This document shows, piece by piece, positions 17,249-27,332 of a DNA stretch of 64,000 nucleotides. The stretch lies in contig CBDCXL010000001.1 of the NCBI GenBank assembly GCA_965223795.1, positions 128,001 through 192,000 of the forward strand, written 5' to 3'. A model generated the notes under the pieces. That model was not told the DNA's origin and did not search any database. It saw only the letters and a program-made list of their open reading frames with translations. The translations under genes were made by a program, and so were the position numbers. The DNA is from Nitrospinales bacterium. Its GTDB lineage: Bacteria > Nitrospinota > Nitrospinia > Nitrospinales > VA-1. Position 1 is the stretch's first letter. Every line of letters starts with the position of its first letter.

Positions 17249-19051
17249 ATGGACCGGTTCAAAAACAATCTGAAACTGCTCAACGAGCACGATCCGGCGC
17301 TCGCCGAACGGGCCGGGCGTGAACCGAATCCTGAGGAGATCCACGTGGTGGAGGCCAGGGACGGCCTCCCCATTCCTCAGGTGGGATCGGTGTCGCTGCA
17401 CAGCACCTACCGTCCCGGCGAGGAAGCCGCCAAAGCGGCGGCGCAGTTCAAGCCGGACCCCGGCGCGCGCAACGTGGTGTACGGCCTGGGCTTCGGCCAC
17501 CACGTCCGGTCGCTGCTGATCCTGGCGCCGGGCGAGTGGACGGTGATCGAACCCTCCATGAAGCTGTTCCGCGCGTTTTTGCAGACGGTGGACCTTTCGC
17601 CGTTTCTGCCGCGCACCCGTTTCCTGGTGGCGGAGCCGCAGGCGAAGATCCTGGCGCGGCTTATGCCCGGAACCTGGAACGTGTTTCCGCACCGCGCCTC
17701 GATGCGCGTGTTCGATACGTATTTCGCCCGGCTGGAAGCGGCACGGGAACGCGCCGGGTATCTTGAGGCGCACCCGCTCAAGGTGCTGGTCGTCAATCCG
17801 ATGTACGGCGGGTCGCTGCCGACGGCGCAATTTTGCGCGCGGGCGCTGGAAAACCTGGGCCACATCGCGGCTCCGGTGGAGTGCGAGCGGTTCCGGGAAG
17901 GGTTTTTCTCGCTCAAGCAGGTGACGCGCAACCCGGAAAACGCCCGCATCCTGAGCGAGCAGTTCATGCACTTCATGGGCGAGCTGGCCGCGGCGAAGGC
18001 GGCGGAGTTCAAGCCCGACCTGATCCTGGCGCTGGCGCAGGCGCCGCTGACGCCGAAGGCGCTGGAACGGCTCAAGGCGCTCAAGATTCCCATCGCGTTC
18101 TGGTTCGTCGAGGATTTCCGCACGCTGCCTTACTGGAAAGACGTGGCGGCCAGTTACGATCATTTTTTCTGCATCCAGCGGGATGAATTTCCCGAACTGC
18201 TCAAGCAGCAGGGGGCGCAGCGGCCCTACTACCTGCCGCAGGCCTGTTTCCCCGGCGTGCACCGGCCGCTGGAACTGAGCGAAGCGGACCGGCGGACCTA
18301 CGGCGCGGATCTTTCGTTCATGGGCGCGGCGTACTACAACCGGGTGAAGACCTTCCCGCGGCTTCTGGATTTCGATTTCAAGATCTGGGGGACCGAGTGG
18401 AACCTGGACTCCGCCGTGGGCAAGCGGGTGCAGAACGCCAACTGGCGCATCGACCCGGAAGAGGCGGTGAAGATCTACAACGCGGGCACGGTCAACCTCA
18501 ACCTGCATTCCTCGACCTTCCACGAGGACATCAACCCGGAAGGGGATTTCGTCAATCCGCGGACGTTCGAGATTGCCGCCTGCGGCGGCTTTCAGCTGGT
18601 GGACATGCGGTCGCTGCTGCCTGAGCTGCTGGTGCCGGGCGAGGAGATCGTCACGTTCACGAACGTTCCCGATCTCAAGGAAAAGATCGCCTATTACATC
18701 AAGCACGACGAGGAACGCCGCCACGTCGCCGGACGCGGGCGGGCGCGGGTGCTGGCCGAGCACACGCTGGAGCACCGCATGCGGGAGATGCTGATCGAGA
18801 TCTACACGGACCGCGCCGGGGAACTCAGGGAACGGGTGAGCGGGCGCAAGGAAGCCATCGATCTGTTCATCGAGCAGGCCGGGGCGGAAACGGAGCTGGG
18901 CCGCTATCTCGATCCATTCCGCGGCAGACCGGACTTCACGCTCAAAAAGGCGGTCGAGGCGATACAAAAAGGGGAGGGCGCGCTCGACGACACCGAAACG
19001 CTGCTGCTCATGGTCAACCAGCTGGTCAAGCAGGAGGATGCGGACGCATGA
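17249..19051 (+). CDS. CgeB-family glycosyltransferase with Maf-like N-terminal domain
   Basis: LHSTYRP.EEA and YGLGFGHH at the N-terminus; WFVED, NPRTFEIAACGGFQL, EHTLEHRM. Confidence 0.85.
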   Translation: MDRFKNNLKLLNEHDPALAERAGREPNPEEIHVVEARDGLPIPQVGSVSLHSTYRPGEEAAKAAAQFKPDPGARNVVYGLGFGHHVRSLLILAPGEWTVIEPSMKLFRAFLQTVDLSPFLPRTRFLVAEPQAKILARLMPGTWNVFPHRASMRVFDTYFARLEAARERAGYLEAHPLKVLVVNPMYGGSLPTAQFCARALENLGHIAAPVECERFREGFFSLKQVTRNPENARILSEQFMHFMGELAAAKAAEFKPDLILALAQAPLTPKALERLKALKIPIAFWFVEDFRTLPYWKDVAASYDHFFCIQRDEFPELLKQQGAQRPYYLPQACFPGVHRPLELSEADRRTYGADLSFMGAAYYNRVKTFPRLLDFDFKIWGTEWNLDSAVGKRVQNANWRIDPEEAVKIYNAGTVNLNLHSSTFHEDINPEGDFVNPRTFEIAACGGFQLVDMRSLLPELLVPGEEIVTFTNVPDLKEKIAYYIKHDEERRHVAGRGRARVLAEHTLEHRMREMLIEIYTDRAGELRERVSGRKEAIDLFIEQAGAETELGRYLDPFRGRPDFTLKKAVEAIQKGEGALDDTETLLLMVNQLVKQEDADA

Positions 19052-20781
19052 AGATCCTGGTCATGAGCCTCACGCGCATGGGCGATCTGGTGCAGGCCAC
19101 GCCGGTCATCGCCGGGCTTAGGCAAAAGCACCCGCAAGCGGAGATCACGCTGATGGTGTCGAGCGACTTCGCCGGTTTCCTGCCCCGCATTCCCGGCATC
19201 GACGCCTCGCTGGTGCTGGACATCCGGCAGTTCATGCGCGACGAAGGGACTGCGGGCTGCTCCTGGGTGACGCTGTACCGATATCTGGAAGGATTCATGA
19301 ACGGTGTCCGGCAACGGTCCTTCGACCTGGTGGTGAACCTCAGCCATTCGCGGCTCAGCGCGCTGATGATCCACTACCTGAAAATCCCGAAGGTGTGCGG
19401 GTTCGCCTGCAACGAGACCGGCGACCGCATGACGCTGCATCCGTGGATGCAGTACTTCGGCACCGAGCCGTTCAATCGCATTCTCAATCCCTACAACCTG
19501 GTGGAAATCTTCACGCGCGCGGTGGACGTGGCGCCGGAGGATCAGCGCATCCGCCTTGAGCCGCCTGAAAACGGCGAGACCGCACTTCCGCCCGAACTCG
19601 GCATTGCGTGTGACGACGGGGAACGGTGGATCGGCATCCAGGCGGGTTCCAGCCTCGAAGGAAGGCGCTGGCCGGCGGCGGCGTTCGCCGAGCTTGCGGA
19701 CCAGCTGGCGGAAACACGGGATGCGAAAATCCTGCTGTTCGGCGTGGCGTCGGAAACGCCCATTGCCCGCGAGATCGCGTCGCGCATGCGGCATGCGGAT
19801 CGTGTGGTGGACTGCACCGGGAAAACCAGCATCCCGCAGCTCATGGCGCTGCTGGAACGCTGCGAGTACCTGGTCACCAACGACACGGGCACGATGCACA
19901 TCGCCGCGGCGCTGGGCACGCCGATCGTCGGGCTGTTCTTCGCGCACGCCCATCCCTACGAGACCGGCCCCTACGCGCCGGGACACGTCATCTTTCAGGC
20001 GCGCATTGCCTGCGCGCCGTGCAGCTACGGCGCCAAATGCAACAACGTCGTCTGCATCGACAAGGTGCGGCCCGCGCAGGTGCTGAAGATGATCGAGACG
20101 CATCGGGATGAAGGGCGCTGGTCGCTGCCTGCGGACATGGGGCCGCTGGATGAGGTGAACGTGTTCGAGACGCGTTTCGGCGAGGACGGCCGGCTTTCTC
20201 TGAGACCGCTGGTGCGGCATCCGGTTACGCTCACCGATGTGTTCCGCCTGGCCTACGAGCGGCTGTGGCTGTCGGCGCTGGAAACCGACCGCGAGCCCGA
20301 CGCCGACGGGATCGCGGAGACCCTGCTGGCGGATCACGACTGCTCGCAGATCGGCGGCATTCTGGAAGCGGTGGCAGAAAAGCGCGGCGTGCTGAAATCG
20401 ATCCTGCGGCGCGCCGGGAAAGGGGTGCAGACGGCGGGGAAAATCCTGCGCTGCTGCGGCAAACAGGGGGCGGAGGCGAAAATCCGCATGCTGGGAGAGG
20501 AAATCACCAGGATCGATGCGGCGCTCGAGCTCTACGGCTGCACGCATCCCGAGGTCAAGCCGCTGGTCGACCTGTTCCAGAAACGCAAGGAGAACTTCCA
20601 GGGCGAGGATCTGGCCTGGCTGGCGGCGGAAACGCGCCGCTGCTACGAATCCCTCATTGCGGAAACCACCCGGATGGAGGTGATTTTAGTGAAATTGACG
20701 CAGGATTTCGCGGTTCAGGGTCCCTCGGAGACCGCTTCTTCGGGATTCAAGTGCATGAGTGCGCTGGTTCCCGGCAGGTAG
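19048..20781 (+). CDS. Glycosyltransferase family 9 (heptosyltransferase-like) with C-terminal helical extension
   Basis: TRMGDLVQATP, RRWP, VTNDTGTMHIAAALG, CAPC...C...C; ATGA overlap with the upstream gene. Confidence 0.9.
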   Translation: MKILVMSLTRMGDLVQATPVIAGLRQKHPQAEITLMVSSDFAGFLPRIPGIDASLVLDIRQFMRDEGTAGCSWVTLYRYLEGFMNGVRQRSFDLVVNLSHSRLSALMIHYLKIPKVCGFACNETGDRMTLHPWMQYFGTEPFNRILNPYNLVEIFTRAVDVAPEDQRIRLEPPENGETALPPELGIACDDGERWIGIQAGSSLEGRRWPAAAFAELADQLAETRDAKILLFGVASETPIAREIASRMRHADRVVDCTGKTSIPQLMALLERCEYLVTNDTGTMHIAAALGTPIVGLFFAHAHPYETGPYAPGHVIFQARIACAPCSYGAKCNNVVCIDKVRPAQVLKMIETHRDEGRWSLPADMGPLDEVNVFETRFGEDGRLSLRPLVRHPVTLTDVFRLAYERLWLSALETDREPDADGIAETLLADHDCSQIGGILEAVAEKRGVLKSILRRAGKGVQTAGKILRCCGKQGAEAKIRMLGEEITRIDAALELYGCTHPEVKPLVDLFQKRKENFQGEDLAWLAAETRRCYESLIAETTRMEVILVKLTQDFAVQGPSETASSGFKCMSALVPGR

Positions 20782-22289
20782 GCGGCAAACTCCGAATGGC
20801 CGCCGTCGGCGAGGTAGGATTCGAGGAATTCCAGCGAAGCGCCGCCTCCGGTGGAAATGAAGAAATTGGAGGCGAAATAATTCCAGAGAACATAACTGTC
20901 GTTTTCCGCAAAACCTATGGTAAGCTGGTTGCGATTGATGGTTGGAAGAAGCTGCTTTTCGATCTGTTTTTTGATCAGGTTTTTCAACTCGTTGATGCTC
21001 ACCTTGTTGAGGATTGCCGCGGAATCCCCCCCGCCGATCACCACGGAGAGATTTTCGTCGACCAGGGCGGTCGCGAAAAGCAGCTTGGCAAGCTCCAGCG
21101 AACCCTCGATGTAAGCGTTGGACGCGGGATGGTCGTAAGCGCCTAAAGGGCCGTTCCAGAAAACATTTTCCACGCCTGGGTGCAGAATGTATTTGCTGTA
21201 GTTTTCGATGGTTTTGGGACCCAGGTCCAGTTGCAGTTCCCGGTTGAAATCGGGCAGAGTCTTGACTTCGTACGTGGTGTTCTGAAAATCACTGACGACT
21301 TTGTAGTCCTCGGGAAACTGGATGAGGACGCCATTTTTTTCCGCAAGGTCCAGAATTTCCTCGGCCAGCCTCACTTCCTGAAGCAGGTTCAGGTTGCTCT
21401 CCTCGTCATTCGAGCGCAGCTTCAGCGGAATGTCCTCCGGCCCGGACAGTGTGTGCACATGATCCTTCTGCATCAAAGCCAGCAGGAACGAGTTGACCAT
21501 CTTGCCTCCGATGAGGATGCACCTGACCCGCGTCTGCACGAACTGCTTGAGCATCGAGATCTTGTCCTTGATCTTCGCGCCCCCGGCCACGACCACGGAT
21601 TTATGCGGGTTCTTGAACACCCGGTGGGCGAAGTTCCCCAACGCCCGCACCTCGTCGTAGAGCAGGTTCCCGGCGATCACCGGCTTGCCCTGCTTGCGCA
21701 TCAGGTTGGGCAGCATCTTGATGCTTCGGGTGACCCTGTGGCTGCACCCGAACGCGCAATTGATGTAGACGTCGGCGATGCGGGCGATCTCGTTGATGAA
21801 TTCCTCCCGGTAGGTGTCGGGGTTTTTGGGTTCGAGCAGGTAGCGCAGATTGGGCAGGAATTTGATCCCGCCGGTCGGCATGCGGTGATGAAAGAAAATC
21901 TCCAGAGAATGGGTCAGGTGCGAATCGATGATCTCCGGAGGAAAAATGGTGTAGGTGTCGCCGTAGTTTTTGCGGGTGAGCGTGTCGAAATGGGAACTGA
22001 CGAACTGGATGTTGAAGATGCCGTCCCAGCCGACGTGGTCTTTGGTCTTGTGGGGCCGTCCCAGGTGCGAACCGATGATGATCTTGCAGTCGCCGTCGGT
22101 CAGTTCGTGGATTTTCTTGAAAGTCGTGTCGAGGAACCGGCGGATCCGGGTGTCATCGGAAACGCGATAATAGTCTTTTTTCGCGGGGATCAGGGGGACA
22201 TTGAAATCGACCCGGATGAATATGGTCTTGCCCTTGAGATCGTCGGCGGACAGGGTGTCCAGAGAATCCATTCCAATTTCATTCAGCAT
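20715..22289 (-). CDS. pgk: Phosphoglycerate kinase, enlarged and divergent (524 aa)
   Basis: RVDFNVP, DDTRI, SHLGRP, NLRY, AFGCSHR, GGAKIKDK, DLGPKT, WNGPLG, GGGDS, ISTGGGASLEFL. Confidence 0.88.
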   Translation of the reverse strand: MLNEIGMDSLDTLSADDLKGKTIFIRVDFNVPLIPAKKDYYRVSDDTRIRRFLDTTFKKIHELTDGDCKIIIGSHLGRPHKTKDHVGWDGIFNIQFVSSHFDTLTRKNYGDTYTIFPPEIIDSHLTHSLEIFFHHRMPTGGIKFLPNLRYLLEPKNPDTYREEFINEIARIADVYINCAFGCSHRVTRSIKMLPNLMRKQGKPVIAGNLLYDEVRALGNFAHRVFKNPHKSVVVAGGAKIKDKISMLKQFVQTRVRCILIGGKMVNSFLLALMQKDHVHTLSGPEDIPLKLRSNDEESNLNLLQEVRLAEEILDLAEKNGVLIQFPEDYKVVSDFQNTTYEVKTLPDFNRELQLDLGPKTIENYSKYILHPGVENVFWNGPLGAYDHPASNAYIEGSLELAKLLFATALVDENLSVVIGGGDSAAILNKVSINELKNLIKKQIEKQLLPTINRNQLTIGFAENDSYVLWNYFASNFFISTGGGASLEFLESYLADGGHSEFAAYLPGTSALMHLNPEEAVSEGP

Positions 22290-22529
22290 CGTTCGTTCCA
22301 ATCGTCGAAAGCGGATGGAATAAAAGGGTTTGCGCCAGAAAACCCGGCTTGGAACCGTCAAAAAACCGCCACGTTGAGCGGGCTCGAATATGCGGCAACT
22401 TATTGAATTTTAACAAATTAATTGATAATCAACAACTTTTGTATTCATCGGGATTTTAGTTTATTATAACAAATTACTAGGAATCGTGTCCTTTGCAAAC
22501 GCCCCAAAAAAGGACCGGAAAGACCAAAA

Positions 22530-24479
22530 ATGTCAAAAAAAATCATGCTGATCAATGCGGACCACCCGGAGGAATGCCGGGCGGTTCTCCTGGAAGACGG
22601 AAAAGTGGAAGAGCTCATCGTTGAGCACGCCTCGCATGAGCAGATCAAGGGCAATATTTACCTGGGCGTCATCAATCGGGTGGAACCCGCCATCGAAGCG
22701 GCGTTTCTGGATTTCGGAGGCAAAAAATTCGGTTTTCTCCCCTTCAAGGACGTGCGCCGGGACTCCTACCTGCAAACCGGCGAACGAAAGGCCCGGATAC
22801 GGATTCAGGATGTGCTGGTGCGCGGGCAGAAGCTGCTATTGCAGGTGGTGAAGGAAGGCCGGGACGCCAAAGGGCCCTCGCTGACCAACTGGATCAGCCT
22901 GCCGGGCCGGTTTCTGGTGCTCATGTGCGGCCAGGAGGCCAGCGCCATCTCCCGCAAGATCGAAGACGAGTCGGAGCGCAAAAAGCTCAAGGAGATCATC
23001 TCCGACTTTGAGCTGCCGGAAAACACCGGCGTCATCATCCGCACGGCCGGGCTGGGCCGCACCAAGGCGGAACTGCAGAAGGACCTGCAGATGCTGCTCA
23101 AGATCTGGGAAACCATTCAGGAAACCATCGAAAAAGAAGGCGACAACGCACCGTTTCTGGTCTACAAGGAGCCGGATCTGGTGGTCCGCACCGTGCGCGA
23201 CCACTTCACCACCGACACGACCGAGATCGTGGTCGATACGGTGGAGGCGCACCGCGCCGTCAAGGATTTTGTGAAGCTGGTGATGCCCCGGCTGCAGCGC
23301 CGGGTCAAGCTGTACCAGGAAACCCAGCCGTTGTTCTCGCATTACAAAGTGGAAGAGCAGCTGGAATCGATCTACAACCGCAAGGTGTTCCTGCCTTCGG
23401 GCGGCTCGGTGGTGATCGACATCGGCGAAGCGATGGTGTCGATCGATGTCAACTCGGGAAAAACCACCAACGCCAGCCAGCTGGAGGAAACCGCGACCCG
23501 GACCAACCTGGAAGCGGCGGACGAGATCGCCCGGCAGCTGCGCCTGCGCGACCTGGGCGGCCTGATCGTGATCGATTTCATCGACATGTTCCAGAAGAAG
23601 AACAAGTCCCAGGTGGAAAAACGCCTCAAGGCCGCCACCAAGAAGGACAAGGCCCGTATCAACATCTCGCGCATCTCGAAATTCGGGCTTTTGGAAATGT
23701 CGCGCCAGAGGATGTCCCCGCCGGTGAAAGAAGGCGTTTACGAGGAATGCTCGCAGTGCCACGGGTCGGGCCATGTCAAATCCACGGGCTCGATGGTTCT
23801 CGGCGTGATCCGGAAAATCCGCGAAAATCTGGCCAAGGAAAAAGCCCGGCTGATCGAGGCGACGGTGTCGCCGGAGGTGTGCGATTATGTGCTCAACCAC
23901 AAACTGGATTTCATCAAAGAGCTGCAGGAGAACAACCAGTTCAAGATTAAATTCTCCAGCAAGCCGGGCCTGAGCTTCGACGATTTCACCTATCAGGTGC
24001 TGGAACGGAAAGAGACCGAAGAATTGAAGACGGACGGCAGGGCGGCGAGAACCGCGGCGTCCGCGGAAACGCGTGCGGAACGCGGTGATCGAAGTGAACG
24101 CGGTGAAGAAGCGGGCCGGGAAACCAAGGAAGAGCGCGTCAATGGCAAGGGCGATTCGGACGGCGCCCGCGGACGCCGGGCCAAGTCGTCTTCACGGGGA
24201 CGCAACACGCGGCGCAAATCCTCCACGTCGAAGCGGACTTCATCGGGCAACCGCCGGCCGCGCCGGAGGCAGCCCCGGTCCGACAACGCCGCCGCCGAGA
24301 ACAAGGCCGGCGATGCCACGGCCACGGCTCAAGCGGAAAATCCGGAAACCGCCAAGCCGCAGACAGCGGATGGCAGTATGGCCGCCGCACCGGCGGTGCC
24401 TCTGGTGACGCCGCGTCCGGAAATGCCGGAACCGGGCAACGAAGCGCCGCCCGCGTTCAACAAAGACACGCCCATGTGA
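22530..24479 (+). CDS. rne: Ribonuclease E/G family
   Basis: GNIYLG, AAFLDFG, IDVNSGK, TNLEAA, LRLRDLGGLIVIDFIDM, Zn-link CSQCHGSG, Arg-rich disordered C-terminus. Confidence 0.95.
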   Translation: MSKKIMLINADHPEECRAVLLEDGKVEELIVEHASHEQIKGNIYLGVINRVEPAIEAAFLDFGGKKFGFLPFKDVRRDSYLQTGERKARIRIQDVLVRGQKLLLQVVKEGRDAKGPSLTNWISLPGRFLVLMCGQEASAISRKIEDESERKKLKEIISDFELPENTGVIIRTAGLGRTKAELQKDLQMLLKIWETIQETIEKEGDNAPFLVYKEPDLVVRTVRDHFTTDTTEIVVDTVEAHRAVKDFVKLVMPRLQRRVKLYQETQPLFSHYKVEEQLESIYNRKVFLPSGGSVVIDIGEAMVSIDVNSGKTTNASQLEETATRTNLEAADEIARQLRLRDLGGLIVIDFIDMFQKKNKSQVEKRLKAATKKDKARINISRISKFGLLEMSRQRMSPPVKEGVYEECSQCHGSGHVKSTGSMVLGVIRKIRENLAKEKARLIEATVSPEVCDYVLNHKLDFIKELQENNQFKIKFSSKPGLSFDDFTYQVLERKETEELKTDGRAARTAASAETRAERGDRSERGEEAGRETKEERVNGKGDSDGARGRRAKSSSRGRNTRRKSSTSKRTSSGNRRPRRRQPRSDNAAAENKAGDATATAQAENPETAKPQTADGSMAAAPAVPLVTPRPEMPEPGNEAPPAFNKDTPM

Positions 24480-24550
24480 AACCGGGATCGCCGTCAATGC
24501 GCGCAATTAATGCGAGCGCGACTTGAGTACACCGGCCGAATTTGATGGAT

Positions 24551-24765
24551 TCCCCCCCTCACCTCAGTCCTCTCCCCCTAAAGGGGGGAGAGGAAGTTAT
24601 GAATTTGTTCCTGCCGCTCACCCATCAAAATACTGGAAATAGTGTGGGATTGATCCTCAGAGCTTTTGGGTTTTCTTTGCGTCCTCTGCGTCGTCACCCC
24701 GTGGGTGTTGCGGTTCAAACCGGTTTTCGTTTTTATGCCAGGATTTTCATCCTGTAATCCTGTCT
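24551..24765. repeat. Composite palindromic intergenic repeat, copy A
   Basis: CCCCCTCACCTCAGTCCTCTCCCC..GGGGGGAGAGGA hairpin plus CTTTGCGTCCTCTGCGTC..TTGCGGTTCAAAC and ATCCTGT(N)ATCCTGTC modules shared with copies B and C. Confidence 0.85.
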
Positions 24766-24775
24766 CAATAATTCT

Positions 24776-25528
24776 TTACTGGTTGTCGCCGTTTTCGGTG
24801 TCTGCGTTGCGGGCGCAGCGGAAGCCCGTGTCCCAGAACCGTTCTTTGGGAGGGACGTAATTGCGGTAGGGAAGGGTGACGAATTCCACCATGAACCCGT
24901 GTTCGCGTTTCTGAATGGTGCCGCCGCGGATGACTTTGAATTTTTCCCCGAAATTTTCGTCCTCATAGGTGGAGCCGGGGTAGGGCCGGTACCAGCTGGC
25001 GGTCCATTCCGACACATTGCCGTTCATGTCGTGCACGCCGTACGGGCTCACGTCTTTGGGGAACGATCCCACGGAACGCACGGTTTTGCCGAAGTTCGCC
25101 CAGTCGCGGTGAAATTCGTTGCCCCAGACGAATTTGCGGTCGTCCGGTCCGCGCGCCGCCTTCTCCCACTCGAATTCCGTGGGCAGCCGCTTGCCGATCG
25201 ACAGGCAATAGGCGTCCGCTTCGTACCAGCTCACGCCGCGCATGGGTTCGTTGGCCTCGGTGACCTGGTATTTGGCGCGGGGCTTGAAGCGGATGAAGTT
25301 TTCGTAAGTGACTTCGTATTTGTCGAGGTAAAACGATTGCAGGTGAAGATTCTGCTGCGGATGGGCGTTTTCCCCGGCGGTGCGTTCGTTCATGAACGAG
25401 GACGGCGCGCCGGAAACGCTGCCCAGCCGGAATTCCCCCGCGGGAATGAGGATCATGTCGGCCGGTTCGCAGGCAGACAGGAACAGCAGGCACAGGATGA
25501 ACGGGGCGGATTTTAAATGAGGACTCAC
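24776..25528 (-). CDS. FGE-sulfatase-fold lipoprotein
   Basis: Lipobox LSAC, YEVT, RLPTEFEWEKAARG, DMNGNVSEW, RGG, GFRCA. Confidence 0.9.
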   Translation of the reverse strand: MSPHLKSAPFILCLLFLSACEPADMILIPAGEFRLGSVSGAPSSFMNERTAGENAHPQQNLHLQSFYLDKYEVTYENFIRFKPRAKYQVTEANEPMRGVSWYEADAYCLSIGKRLPTEFEWEKAARGPDDRKFVWGNEFHRDWANFGKTVRSVGSFPKDVSPYGVHDMNGNVSEWTASWYRPYPGSTYEDENFGEKFKVIRGGTIQKREHGFMVEFVTLPYRNYVPPKERFWDTGFRCARNADTENGDNQ

Positions 25529-25541
25529 ACGGATCTTGCGT

Positions 25542-26342
25542 TCAGGGTTTGTAGGCGCTGGGCACCGGCACGGCGACTGCTTCCGTGGTTTTCAAGCCGG
25601 CGTTTCCGGCAGCCGGAGCGAGTTCGTCAGCCGGCGCGGTTTCGGCAGCGGGTTCGGGTTGGGCTGGCGGTGGCGGGAAGGTGCCGCCAGGATATTCGCT
25701 TTTCACATATTCCATGGTGAGGCAGGCGGCTTCCTCGCGGGTGCACATCATGGAGCGGCAGTCGGATTCGTCGTTGGAACAGTAATAATTGAGGAAGCGG
25801 ATTTTCACATACTGCCCGTTTGAAGTCTTGACGATGTAGACGTTCTTTTTCGACTCGATGTTGTGGGTGCGCGTCCGGTAGTTGTACCAGCCGGTGATGG
25901 CCTTGTTGATCTTTTTGCCGAACGATTTGGTGTCCTGCACCAGGGGTTCGGCTGGGACGCTGCGCACGCTGTCGAAATCGACGGGACCGAGGTTCATCAC
26001 GCCCACGCCGCCTTCGGGATTGGTGATGCCGCTGTTGGTGACGATCTTGGTGCGCTGGAAAGCCAGGTCCCAGCGAATCTGTTTGAGGCGCTCCCGGTCT
26101 TTGTCGATGTCGTCGATCTTGACGGATTTGCCGGTGGACAGGTCGAGCAGCGTCCAGGTCTTTTTCGATTTGGCGTCGATTTTCAGGGTCGGATTCAGCG
26201 AAACGACCGCGGGCTTGAGCTTTTTCGGCGGCAGGGGAACCGACTCGAAGTCCTGGATGTTGTCGGTCATGAAGCTCAGCGCGCCGTGAAACAGCAGGGT
26301 CGCCAGCAGCAGCATGCCGAGTATGTTGAGCGTGTTGTTCAT
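25542..26342 (-). CDS. HmuY-family (heme-binding-like) membrane-anchored protein
   Basis: WDLAFQRTKIVTNSG, GWYNY, VYIVKT..GQYVKI..LNYY; N-terminal hydrophobic anchor. Confidence 0.8.
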   Translation of the reverse strand: MNNTLNILGMLLLATLLFHGALSFMTDNIQDFESVPLPPKKLKPAVVSLNPTLKIDAKSKKTWTLLDLSTGKSVKIDDIDKDRERLKQIRWDLAFQRTKIVTNSGITNPEGGVGVMNLGPVDFDSVRSVPAEPLVQDTKSFGKKINKAITGWYNYRTRTHNIESKKNVYIVKTSNGQYVKIRFLNYYCSNDESDCRSMMCTREEAACLTMEYVKSEYPGGTFPPPPAQPEPAAETAPADELAPAAGNAGLKTTEAVAVPVPSAYKP

Positions 26343-26645
26343 GCTTCGATTTTATCACACTCCTCTGCGGGACGCCGGGGGGATCGAGCGGACCCATGAA
26401 TGGGCGGCCGGGATTGCGTCGGCGGGCGTGGAGCGGTCCGGGAGTGTGCTGGGCGCGGCCGGACTTTGTGGTTTGGGATCAGCGCCGGATTTGCAAAGAC
26501 AGGCTATAGTATAATAAAATCAACGTTTTATATTGAAAATAGCGCATTTCAAACTTGGTGTGGCTTTCGTATTGTGTTAAATTAGTATAAAAATTTATTG
26601 TAAATATTTTGATTTATTGGGCGCTGTTTGAGCGTCGGCTGAGCG

Positions 26646-27263
26646 ATGAAAGACCGGGAATTCGATTACAAGAAGGTGCAGATCGAAAATTTTCTGAAGT
26701 CCGCGTTTCAGAAAAAGTTTCGCTCGAACGCTCGCATTTCCATCCGCAAGCGGCAGAAATTCATTGAGGAAATGACCCGGAAAATCAGCAAGAAATTCGG
26801 CAAGGATGTGCTGTGCCTGGTGGATTTCTCCAAAGGCGGCTTCACCACGCTGGTTTCTCCTTCGCGCCAGGAATCGACTGAAAAAGGCAAACTGATTCAG
26901 TCGTTTACTCACCGGCAGGTGTTTTACACCTCGCATTGTGTCGATCGGTTCAGCGAGCGGACCCGCACCCAGGACAACTGCGTTTTCATTCTCGACACGC
27001 ATATGACCCAGGCGCTCCTGTCTTTCGGGGAACACGAGGGATTTTTGACCTGCCCGGAGGGCGTGTTTGCCTACGAAATGGAAAACGACCGCCTTGTCAT
27101 CAAGACTTTCATCAATTTTGAACTGCTTTCTGCCGATCAGATAAAGAAATACTATGGCCCCGGCATGGTCTCGACGTTCCCGGAGGAGTTTTTTTCCGAA
27201 CAGGCCGGGGAAAGCGATTTCATTCTGGCGGACGAGTTTGCCGATTTCCCCGAAAAATCCTGA
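26646..27263 (+). CDS. Hypothetical protein
   Basis: 205-aa ORF in an otherwise empty interval; contains YTSHCVDRFSER. Confidence 0.75.
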   Translation: MKDREFDYKKVQIENFLKSAFQKKFRSNARISIRKRQKFIEEMTRKISKKFGKDVLCLVDFSKGGFTTLVSPSRQESTEKGKLIQSFTHRQVFYTSHCVDRFSERTRTQDNCVFILDTHMTQALLSFGEHEGFLTCPEGVFAYEMENDRLVIKTFINFELLSADQIKKYYGPGMVSTFPEEFFSEQAGESDFILADEFADFPEKS

Positions 27264-27332
27264 ACCACCGGGGGGCCGCAAACCCCCTGCATTCGGCGCC
27301 CTGCCATAACCCCAAAGCCAACCCGCTCGCCC

